From: Prasinococcaceae sp. CCMP 1430
Lineage: Eukaryota; Plantae; Prasinodermophyta
Assembly (NCBI GenBank): GCA_013416795.1
Contig: RQSC01000314.1
Coordinates: 6,097-70,096, forward strand
Length of the DNA: 64,000 bases
Direction of reading: 5' to 3'
Below the pieces are notes generated by a model. The model did no database searches. It was not told the DNA's origin and was given only the letters and a program-made list of their open reading frames with translations. This document shows, in pieces, positions 9,670-19,849 of the stretch (position 1 is the stretch's first letter; every line of letters starts with the position of its first letter). Both the position numbers and the translations under genes were made by a program.

Positions 9670-11187
9670 ATGGGCGGGTGCCTGAGCGCGCGCCCAGCGG
9701 ATGCGCGGCCGGCGGTGCACGACTTCGTCGCCGCGCGGGCGCAGGCTGCTGACGACGGGGCGGGCGGGCACGCTCCGAAAAGACGAGGGGGCGACGCGCG
9801 CGCAGGCCAGTCCAGGAAGGGAGGAGGGGGGGCGCCTTCCTCCTCCTCGGCCAAAAGTACCCGGGCGCAGACGGCTGCTCGAGGGTCGCCAGTTGCCACG
9901 GCTGCACGCGCCGTGAGCTCGTTTCTCACGTCGCGTCCCGCCCCGCCCTCAGAACCCATCGTCCGCCCGCTTGCCGAAGCACGTGCGGCGAGGAGGCTCG
10001 CCGCGGCTGCGGGGGTGCGCGTCGATCAGAGGCTCAGCGGTGACACTGATGCGGCGCGCGCGCGTGGTGACGGCAGGGCCGAAGAGGTCGTAGCGCACGG
10101 TTCTTATGAAGGGCCAGTCGATGATGGCTTGTGCACTGCCACCACTCCTACGCGTGCGCCACCAAACGACTCTGGCACCGACCTGCGGGGCGTGCGCAGG
10201 AATCCTCCGGAGCTTAGTGCGAGCGTGCTCAGGATCATAGATGTCGTTCTCGGACCACCCGTCAGCACCGTCACCCCGGCGCAGGCCGCATGGAGCACCA
10301 CTGCCCTGTCGTCGCCCGCGCCAGCGGACCACACTGTGACGCAGGTCCTACCATTGGCACAGGCGCGTGTGAATGGCGACTCTCCGGACTCGGACGGCCT
10401 GGCCACGAGCGAGGTTGCAAACGGCGTGGCAAATGGCACCGCGAGCGGCGGCGCGCAGGTGCCGCCGCTCCTCGCGCTGCCGCCGCCGTCATTTCTCGCA
10501 GCATCGTCGGCGAAGGTGTTTGCAGAGCGGCGCTCGCTCGCTGTGCGGCTCACGCGGGCAAGCTCGCTCAAGGCCTTTCGCAACTCGAAGGTGGCCAACC
10601 CGCGCGCGGCATCGCGGTATGAGTCGGAGTACGCGCGTAGCGACAGCACCGCTGGCCTGGCCGAGGCCGTCGAGCTCGAGACGCGCTCCATGGCAGAGGG
10701 CAAGCAGCTCATCGACGCGCGTCTCGCGAGGCTCGGCCTTTCGTCGGTCTTGATGATGGATGACGGCAACTGCCAGTTCAGAGCACTGAGTCACCAATTG
10801 TTCGGCGATCAGAGCTTCCACAAGGAGGTTCGAGCGGAGGTCGTCGCATGGATGAAAACACACGCGGCCAGCTTCGCCCCATTCGTTGGTGGCCGGAGCG
10901 ATTTCTACCGATACGTCGCGGACATGGGGAAGAACCGCTGCTGGGGCGACGAGCTGACCCTGAGAGCCGCGTGCGACGCCTTCCGATGCGTCCTGTTCAT
11001 CGTGCAGTCCACCAAAACCAATTGGCTTCTTGTGTACGAGCCCGGCCGGAACGCCCGGCGCTCGCGCGCCGAGGACAGGGACGCGCACCGCAAGACGGTC
11101 TTCCTTTCCTACATCGCCCCCGTGCACTACAACTCGGTCCTGCTGCCGCCCGGCTACGGCCAGAAGGGGGGGCGTGCGGCCGGCTGA
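9670..11187 (+). CDS. OTU-domain deubiquitinase with N-terminal MGGCLS acylation motif
   Basis: DDGNCQFRALSHQL catalytic Cys motif, WGDELTL, VHYNSV His motif. Confidence 0.9.
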   Translation: MGGCLSARPADARPAVHDFVAARAQAADDGAGGHAPKRRGGDARAGQSRKGGGGAPSSSSAKSTRAQTAARGSPVATAARAVSSFLTSRPAPPSEPIVRPLAEARAARRLAAAAGVRVDQRLSGDTDAARARGDGRAEEVVAHGSYEGPVDDGLCTATTPTRAPPNDSGTDLRGVRRNPPELSASVLRIIDVVLGPPVSTVTPAQAAWSTTALSSPAPADHTVTQVLPLAQARVNGDSPDSDGLATSEVANGVANGTASGGAQVPPLLALPPPSFLAASSAKVFAERRSLAVRLTRASSLKAFRNSKVANPRAASRYESEYARSDSTAGLAEAVELETRSMAEGKQLIDARLARLGLSSVLMMDDGNCQFRALSHQLFGDQSFHKEVRAEVVAWMKTHAASFAPFVGGRSDFYRYVADMGKNRCWGDELTLRAACDAFRCVLFIVQSTKTNWLLVYEPGRNARRSRAEDRDAHRKTVFLSYIAPVHYNSVLLPPGYGQKGGRAAG

Positions 11188-11458
11188 CGCGCGCCAGGAA
11201 GGGAGGGTCTGGACGGACACATGTCAACGACGCACCTTAACCCAACCACCGCGAGCCACGAGCCGCTCGAAAAGTTCGCTCGCACGCTCGCGCTCGCAGG
11301 GAGTACCACCTCCGCGTCCGCGCCGTCGCCAACGCCCACCTCACCGGCGTCCGCGCCGCTCGCACCGAGGCCCGGGCCGAGCGCACGACGGCGGGCGCTG
11401 GCGGCTGACGGGAGGCCCGGGGAGGAGGGGGCTGAGGACCCGGAATCAGAAATGATTA

Positions 11459-11476
11459 TTAGGGTTTAGGGTTTAG
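11459..11476. promoter_or_regulatory. Telo-box (TTTAGGG) pair upstream of the myosin
   Basis: ttagggtttagggtttag. The same motif occurs at 2833, 8178, 8221, 40717, 40819 and 48694. Confidence 0.6.
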
Positions 11477-11726
11477 TATCGATGGCGTTGCAGTTGCATG
11501 GCATGGCATGGCATGGCACGGCGCCCCAACCCCCGGAACACACACACAGGCACAGGTGGCAATGGGCCAATGGCGTTTGATGGGGCTCGCGCGCGCGCGC
11601 GCGCGCGCGGGCGCCCTGCTACGGCGGGAAGCGCCGCACTCGTAACAGCCACAGCGCCAACAGCCCCACGCATCCCCCCCCCCCCCTCCCCCCCCCTAGC
11701 GGGGGCGGGGCGAGCGGGGGCGCGGC

Positions 11727-14700
11727 ATGGCGCCGCCCAGGGATGGGCCGCCGTCGCTGCTGCGCCTGGACGCGATGGACACGCCCAGCGTGCTCGAGTG
11801 CCTCCGCGCGCGGTCCGAGCGCGGCGAGGTGTACACCTCGGCCGGCGACGACATGCTCGTGAGCGTCAACCCGTTCAAGGCGACCGCCGCGTGCAGCGAC
11901 GCGGCGCTCGACGCGGCGGTGAGCGCGGCGGTGGGCCGCGGCGGAGGGGGGGATGACGGGCCGCCCTCGGCGTTCTCGATAGGCTCGCGCTGCTGGACGC
12001 GCCTGCTGGCGACGCATCGCTCGCAGGCGGTGGTCATCTCGGGCGAGAGCGGCGCGGGAAAGACAGAGTGCGCCAAGATGGTGTTCCGCGCCCTCGTGGG
12101 CCTGTCCGAGCACAGCTCCAAGCACCCGCGCGCCTCACTCACCGCGGGCGACGGCCAGTCGAGCCAGCGCCCATCGGCGCGCGTGTCGACCACGCACACC
12201 TCGAACATCGAGGCGCGCCTGCTGGTGGGTGGCCTCGCCCTGGAGGCGTTCGGCAACGCGCGCACCGTGCGCAACGACAATTCGAGCCGCTTCGGCAAGT
12301 ACCTGTCCTGCGCGGTCGATCGCAAGGGTCGCCTGGCGGGCGCGCGCATCATCACCTACCTCCTCGAGCGCAGCCGCGTGGTCTCGCAGGCGCCACGGGA
12401 GGCGCCCTTCCACGTCATGGGTGCGCTCGCCGGAGCGGGCTACGGCTCGCACCTGGCGGCGGGCTCCGCGCGCGCGTACGTGCGCGAGGCGCCGCCCGCG
12501 TCCGAGGCGGGCCGCCTGCTGCGCCAGATTACCGATCGGCTGTCCGCCGCCGGCGTGAGCAAGGCAGGCGTGAACAGCATCATGAGCGCTGCCGCGGCTG
12601 TGCTGTGCCTGGGCGAAGTCTCCTTTGAAGATGCTGGCAACGAAGGCTGCACCGTGAATGCCGGCGAGTCAGCCAGGAAGCTCGCAGCGGCCGCGGCGCT
12701 GTTGGGCAAGCCCGACGGACAGATCGCCGAGCTGCTCACGGAGCGGCTGCTGCCGCTGCCGGGTGCGGAGCGCGTGACGGTCAAGCTCTCCGCCGACGCG
12801 GCCGCCCAAGCGCGCGACGCCACTGCCAAAGCGCTGTACGCACGTGTTTTCGAGGTGCTAGTCATGGAGCTCAACGCGGGCCTGGCAGCTGGCAGCGGCA
12901 GGACCGACGCCACGTCCGTCAGCGTGCTAGACATCTTCGGATTCGAGAATTTTGCGTCCAACAGCCTCGAGCAACTGCTCATCAACTATGCGAACGGTGC
13001 GTGTGTCGGTCCGTGGCGAGTCCTGGCGCAAGGCAGGCGCGATGCCGTCGCTGACAACCGTTTGCGCGCCCGACTCGCACTGTCGCTCTCTGCCCCCGCA
13101 CGCTCACCCGCGCCAACCAGAAAAATTGCAGGGCCTGTGCACCAGCATGTTGCTCGCAGCCGAGCAAGCCGAGTACGTTGAGGAGGGCGTGCCATGGACG
13201 CCGATCGAGTTCGTGGACAACGAGGCCACTCTCGCAGCGTTTGAGCGGCGCGCAGGGCTGCTTGGCATGCTGCACGAAGAGGCCACGCTGCAGCAAGGTG
13301 GGGACGCGACGCTGCACGGCAAGCTCAAGGCCGCCCTGAACGACGACGCGTGCTTTTCGATGCCCTCCGCAGCCGGTGCGCGCGGCCAGTTCGTCGTCAA
13401 GCACTTTACCGGCGATGCGGTGGTGTACGATACGCAAGGCATGGTGGAGAAGGCGCGCCAGACACTGCCGCCTGACCTCGAGGCCCTGCTTGACGATGTG
13501 CTTCCACTTCAGCGCGAGGACGCGCCCACGGGTGGCAGCGCGGCGAGCGGCGGTGGGGGTATTCGCGCATCGAAGCGCGGCAGCGCCACCGGGCGCAAGG
13601 GCAATCGCCGCGTCGGGTCGACAGTGCTGCAATTCAAGGCGCAGCTCGCCTCGCTTCACTCGGCGCTCGCAGCGTCGCAGCTCAGCTTCGTGCGATGCGT
13701 GAAGCCAAACGCCGCCAACAAGCCAGATTGCTTCGACGATGAGTACTGCAAGCCACAGGTGCTGGCCGCAGGGGCCGCAGAGCTCGCGCGCATTCGCTCC
13801 GCCGGCTGGGCGGTACGCCTGCCAGCCAAAGACCTCGCCGAGAAGTTCAGCTGCGTGTTGGGCGAAGGCGCACCCGAGGACGACAACATCGCGCTCGCAA
13901 ATGCGGACGTGGGTGGGGCAAGACAGGCCGCCGAGGCCGTTCTCAGAGCCGGCGGCGTTCCCGCTGAGCAGTGGTGTTTCGGGAAGGCCACCGCGCGTGT
14001 GTTTGTGCGTGACGAGTCGGCCATGGAAGGGCTCTGGGCGATGCGCAGGGCGGAGATGGAACGCCGTGCCGAGGCCGCGCGCAAGGCGCGAGAGGAGGCG
14101 GAACGCCTCGAACGCGAGCGGCAGAGGCAGATGACAGCCGAGGCTGAGGCGGCGGCCGCGGCCGCGGCGGCACAGGCGGCGGCTGCAGCGGCACGCGCAC
14201 CTAGCGCGGAGGAGCTGGACCTTCCCGTGCACCTGCGCGACCTCCTTGCATCCGGGGTGCTGTCGCTCCCAAGCAGCAGGGCGGGCGGCGTGCGGCGCAC
14301 AGCGTCGATGGAGGATTTGGTGGTCGACTCGCAAGCGATTGACCTGGACGAGGCCCTCGTGGCAGCACTGGCTTTCGAGGAGCAGCAGGCGGCAGCCGCG
14401 CACGCGCAGATGCTGCTGGACGACGAGGCACTTGCTCTGCGGCTGCAGGAGGAGGAAGATCGCGCGGCAAGGGAGCACGAGCGTGCGCAAGCAATGGCAG
14501 TGAATGGCGGCGCGAGTGAGGCTGATCAGATGCTGTGGGCCATGCAAGAGAGCGCCCGGATGGCAGGTCGCGCCGGCGATGCCGTCGACGAGCGTGGGAC
14601 CGACGCAGTTGGGCCGGATGGCATAGCACTCGAGCACGCCGGCAGCACGCAACCCTCCACGCCGCCGCGTTCGCCCGCGCACGCGTACAGCCAGAGTCCA

Positions 14701-14907
14701 TACTCGTCGCCGCAGGCGCACCAGCAGCTGTTGGCGGGGCGCGGCACGAGCGCGGATGGCAGTCCCGCTGCGGGCACGTGGGTGCCGCCGTCGGGAGGAC
14801 AAACCGCCTCCGTTCACTCGTCCTCGGCGAGCTCGGTGGTCGGTGCCAGCCGTGGTGGCGATGTGACGTCGGCGGAGAGCAAACCTGGATGCTGCGTCAT
14901 ATCCTGA
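11727..14907 (+). CDS. Unconventional myosin; exons 11727-12996 and 13121-14907
   Basis: LVSVNPFK, P-loop GESGAGKT, switch I NDNSSRFGKY, switch II DIFGFE. Removing intron 12997-13120 restores NYANEKLQ. FVRCVKPN; ends CCVIS*. Confidence 0.92.
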
Positions 14908-15156
14908 GTGGGCGAGATTGCCGAGCCCCGACCCCACCACACCCCCACCCATCCAATTTTTGGCGCCCCTGCCACTCGCCTGATGCGCGACAGCGGCGGC
15001 GCCGGGAGCGTGCAATGGCGGTGCGTGCGTTTCCGGTGAGGCGCACACGCGTGCGAGTGACAACTACCGCAAATGTAAAGAAATATTCCGCTCATGGAGC
15101 TGTTTACAACGTCCACGGGAGGTCCTACGCGCCCCTCTCTGGATCTCTCTGCCCTC

Positions 15157-17765
15157 TCAGATGTACGCGGGCTCGTCGGTGGCCAGCTCGTGTGAATTGT
15201 GCGGCACAGCCTCGAGCACGACGCAAGAGTGCTTGAGCACGCGCACATGTCCGAACTCGGCGATCGCCTCTCGCCTGGCGCCGACGAGCGGGACCCCGGC
15301 GTTCATGAAGTCATCCTGCAGCAAATCACTGCGCAAGAAGTCGAATGGAGCCTCCGCGCCGGTGTCGGCAACGACATCCCACCTGCGGATGGCGTTCGCG
15401 AGCGTGTCAGCAACGCATTCGAGCGGCGGCCCCGCCACGCTCCACCCTGATCGCGCTCGCGCCCGCTGGCTGCTGGCGGCTCGCAGCGCGTACCTCATGC
15501 CACCACCCAAGTGGGGGAGCTCCAGCGTCCTCGCCACGCCGCCCGCGTTAAACGCTACATATACGTCGCCGCCGCCCTCCTCGAAGAGCCTGAAAGCGCA
15601 GAGCTCCGACGTATCCTCCCAGTCGGGCTGGCCGGCGAAATCTCCATGCCACTCAATTTGATCGTGGCCGGGGAAGTTGCGGCCGCGCAGGCACGCCTTG
15701 CTCTTGCGGAAGGCGACCATCCCCGCCGTGAATCGCAGCATGGCGCGCGCGTCATTGCCACGCGAACCCGCCGAGACGAGCACGTCCCACGGCAGGTAGT
15801 TGACGTCCGTATCCCAGCAGTACGTGTTGTTGTTACCGCCTTTCGTGTGGTTGATCTCGTCACCCATGTTTATCATGGGAGTGCCATGCGCAAGGAGCAG
15901 GGCCGCCATGAGGTTCCGACGGTTGCGCGCGCGCATGCGACGGACCTCGACGTTCTTCGTCGGACCCTCCTCACCACAGTTCCAGCTGAGGTTGTGTTCC
16001 TCACCGTCGCGGTTGTTCTCGCCGTTCGCCATGTTGTGGCGCTGCGCGCGGGCGCGATGCGGCGCGGCGCGTCAGCCGGGCACGCACCGGGGTCAGCCGC
16101 GGCCGCTGTCGCCGCGTCACGCGAGCGCGCTCGTGTGGCGACAGCGCGCGCGCGCGCAGCACGCACCTCGTTGAATGCCGTCAGGTCGGCCGTTGTGAAC
16201 CCGTCGTGACACGTCACGAAGTTGAGGCTCGCTTTTGGCCCCCTGTCCCCGGGGTACAGGTCGGGCGAGCCGCACATGCGTTTGGCGAAATCGCTGATGG
16301 CGCCGCCGCCGCCCGGCAGCAGCAGGAAGCGCCTGACGTCGTCGCGGAATTTGCCGTTCCACTCGGCCCAGCGCTGGCCGCAGGGGAAGCTGCCGACCTG
16401 ATAGAGCCCGCCGGCGTCCCAGGGCTCGGCGAAGAGTTTGACGTGAGCCAACGCCGGGTCGCGCGAGATCGCCTCCACAAGCGGGGGCGCACCGAGGGGC
16501 GTGCCGGTGTACACGCCTCCGCCGTACTCAGCTGCCGCGGCGGGCCTGCCGTCGCCGTCGCCCCCGTGGCCGGAGTGGCCGCCGGTGACGACCGAGCCGT
16601 AGGCGCTCTCGCCGTCCCACCTGGTGCTGGAGCGCGTGAGAATGGACGCGAGGTCGAAGCGGAAGCCGTCCACGCGGCACTCTATTGCCCAGAAGCGCAG
16701 GCAGTCCAGCACAAACTGCCGCGCGAGTGGGGTGTTGCAGTTGAAGGTGTTGCCGCAGCCACTGTAGTTGTAGTGCTCGCCGGCGGGCGCCATCACGTAG
16801 TAGGAGCGCTCGTCGAGCCCACGGAAGGTGACGGAGGGACCCATCTCGTTGCCCTCGGCGGTGTGGTTGAACACCACGTCCAGGATGACCTCAATGCCCA
16901 AGCGGTGGCACTCGCGCACCATCTCCTGCATCTCGCGCAGGGCGGTCAAGGCGCCGTCCCCGGAGCTGTAGCGCGCCATGGGCGCAAAGAACGACAGCGT
17001 CGAGTAGCCCCAGAAGTTGAGGCGCGTGGTGCCGTTGTCGAGCAGCTTGTAGTGCTCCACCTCGTTGAATTCGTAAATGGGCAGCAGCTCCAGTGCGTTC
17101 ACGCCCAGGAACGCCAGGTGTGGCAGGGCGTCCTTGACTGCCGCGTACGTGCCCGCCTTGGCATCGCCCTCCTCAGTCTGCCGCAGCGCGGTCAGCCCGC
17201 GCACGTGCGCCTCGTACACCACCAGGTCCTCGCGCGCGTGGCGCGGCGGTCGCGTGCCCTCCCAGTCGAACTCGGGCAGCTCCACCGTCGCCGCGCCCAC
17301 CGGTAACACGCCAGCCATCTGCGGCCACAGGCCGCCCTCCGCTTCAGACGCCACGTCGCCAAACTCGGGCCGCGCGGCCGTGCCCACACCCGGCGCGCGC
17401 GGGTCGACGAGCACGGGGGGCGGGCCGGGCGGGGCGGGCGGCGCGGCGGGCGGCCTGGGGCCGTCGGGCTCCGTCACCCGCCAGCCGTAGTAGCTGTAGT
17501 TTCCCTTCTTCAGCATGTCCGCAGTCAGGCGGCAGTGCCACACGTCGCCGGTGCGATGCTCCTCAGGGGATAGCTCGTGCTCCGCGGACGGCTTGGCATT
17601 GCCGCGCCCGCCGATGAGCGCGTCCTCGCTCCAGAGCACGATCGAGACGCCCCTCGAGGGCGTCGCCACCGCGAGGTTGACGCCGCCGTCAGGCAGCGCC
17701 GTCGCGCCGAGCGGCGCGGGCGCGCCCGCGAGCGTGGACCCGCCCCTGCCCAGCAGCGCGCCCAA
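15157..17765 (-). CDS. ISA1: Isoamylase-type starch debranching enzyme (GH13, ISA1-like); introns ~16161-16045 and ~15495-15380; N-terminus unresolved
   Basis: FNHTAEGNE, YNYSGCGNTFNCN, DGFRFDLASIL, AEPWDAGGLYQVG, NFVTCHDGF, NLSWNCGEEG. The insert after RFDLAS (TRSS..W..TGTP) is ISA1-like. Confidence 0.88.
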
Positions 17766-18579
17766 GCCCTCTGTGGCACCCCCGAGCGCGCGCTTCCCCC
17801 CATCCCCCCCCCCCTCACCCCCCTTCCTCCTGCCCGCATCCTATCCTCGCGCGCTCGGTCCCGCTCTAAACCCCCGCAAACACCAGAATACTGTATTTCA
17901 TCAAACCAAAACGAACAAAATCCCATCAAAATGCCCCGAATAAACATCGGAATTGACGCACTCCGCGCTTTGTCGCTTTCGGCTTTCGCGCGCCCTTTTC
18001 GGCTTCCGCGGGTGACCTGGCGCGCGCCGCGCGCGCGCCGCGCGCCCCCCCTCGCGCCCCCGGTTTCATCCCCGATTCGACCCCGGTCTCGCGGGGTAAT
18101 GACCCGGTACGGCCCGCGGGGAACCGTCGCCAGACCCGGTTCGACGACCAACCCTAGCGGCGCCGGGCCGGAGCAGCGCGCCTGCGCCTGGGACCGCGCC
18201 GCCTTTTTTTTTTTTTCGCGGAGTGGTTTGCCTGGACGGATTTGATCGCACATTATATGGGAAATGAGTGCGACGTGCACAGACGGTGAGGGGGGTTCGC
18301 GCTGGACGTACCGAACAATACATGGGAAAAAGAGGTTTAAAACTTTTTGGTTCTTTTTTTTTTTGGCGCGAGGCGTGAGTGGCGGCGGCTGTGGCGGCTG
18401 CGCGGGCGCGTGCGCGGGCGCGGGTGGGCGGCGGGAGGCACAGCCGCGAGAAAAAGAGCGCGCGCGCCCCGCGTGCGGGCGGAGTCGTCGTCGTCAGTGG
18501 GCGGTTGCCGCGCATAGCGGTGGGCGTGCGTGCGTGCGTGCGTGGCGCTGCCGGCCGTCGTGTGTCGTACGGAGGCACC

Positions 18580-19707
18580 ATGCTGCGCTTCGAGGGCGCG
18601 CGCCACTTTCGCGCGCGCCTGCTCGCGGCGTGCCTCACCGGCCGTGGCATCCGCATAGACCGCATCCGCGAGGCGGCGGCGACGCCCGGGCTGCGCACGC
18701 ATGAGGCGTCAATGCTGCGCCTGCTGGAGAAGGTGCTCGTCGGCGCGGAGGTTGTCATCAATGAAACGGGCACGTCACTGACGTTTCGACCCGGCCTCAT
18801 GGGCGGCGGCGCGGTGTCGCACGCGTGCAGCGGGCGTGCCATCGGCTACTTCCTGGAGCCGCTGGTCGCGCTGGCGCTGTTCGGCAAAAAGGAGCTGCGC
18901 GCGACACTCAAGGGCGTGACCAACGACGACGTGGACGTGAGTGTGGACGCAGTGCGCATGGCGCTGCTACCGCTCGTGCGCCGCTTCGGCGTTGAGGAGC
19001 GCGTGGAGCTCGAGGTTCGCTCCCGCGGCTGCTGGCCGGCCGGCGGCGGCGAGGTCGCTCTGCGGGTGCCTCCGGCGCGCGCGCTGCGACCTCTGGAGCT
19101 CACCGAGGAGGGGTTGGTCAAGCGCGTGCGCGGCGTGGCGTACGCCTGCCGCGTCAGCCCGCAGATGGCCAACCGCATGGCCGGCGCCGCGCGAGGCGTT
19201 CTGAATCGCCTGCTGCCGGACGTGTTCATCGTGACCGACCACGCGAAGGGCGCCACGGGCGGTGCCTCTGCGGGCTACGGAGTACTGCTCCTCGCCGAGA
19301 CCACCGCCGGCGTGACGTACTGCGTGGAGGTGGCCGCGTCGCCGCGCGCGGACGCGAGCGGCACCGCGGGCGGCGGCGGTGCTGGCGGCGCGCAGCATGG
19401 GGGGGAAATGGAGGCGCCAGAGGACCTCGGCAAGGTCGCGGCCGAGCAACTGCTGGAAGAGATAGCACGCGGGGGATGCGTGGACAGCGAACGCCAACCG
19501 TTCGTGCTAACGCTGGCGGCAGCGTGCCCCGGCGGTGCGTCACGTCTGCGCCTCGGGCCTCTCTCCGAGCAGGCAGTCGAGATGCTGCGCATCTTACGCG
19601 ATGTGATGGGCGTCACGTACCGCTTAGATGCCGAGCCAAACACCAAAACGGTCATTGCCGCGTGCGTGGGCGCGGGCGTGAAGAACGCTGCCGCGAGGTA
19701 TCACTAG
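18580..19707 (+). CDS. RCL1: RNA 3'-terminal phosphate cyclase-like protein (18S rRNA processing)
   Basis: MLRFEG..FRARL..G..IRIDRIR..PGL..HEAS.LRLLEK, IGYFLEP, RGC.P.GGGEV, VKRVRGVAY.CRVSPQMANR, GGCVDS. Confidence 0.92.
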   Translation: MLRFEGARHFRARLLAACLTGRGIRIDRIREAAATPGLRTHEASMLRLLEKVLVGAEVVINETGTSLTFRPGLMGGGAVSHACSGRAIGYFLEPLVALALFGKKELRATLKGVTNDDVDVSVDAVRMALLPLVRRFGVEERVELEVRSRGCWPAGGGEVALRVPPARALRPLELTEEGLVKRVRGVAYACRVSPQMANRMAGAARGVLNRLLPDVFIVTDHAKGATGGASAGYGVLLLAETTAGVTYCVEVAASPRADASGTAGGGGAGGAQHGGEMEAPEDLGKVAAEQLLEEIARGGCVDSERQPFVLTLAAACPGGASRLRLGPLSEQAVEMLRILRDVMGVTYRLDAEPNTKTVIAACVGAGVKNAAARYH

Positions 19708-19849
19708 CACCCTCCCCCAACTCCCAACCCCACCGCACCCTGCTGCTGCTGCTGCTGCGCGCGCGCACGAGCCGTGTGCATGCGAATGTAATTATGTATT
19801 GCCTCAACGTGGGAGTCGCTCGCGCCGCTCGCTGAGCACGCCGCGCACA

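Noticed and set aside
11459-11476. Chromosome end or interstitial telomere fusion
   Set aside because: Only 1-3 units per site and always intergenic; better explained as telo-boxes.
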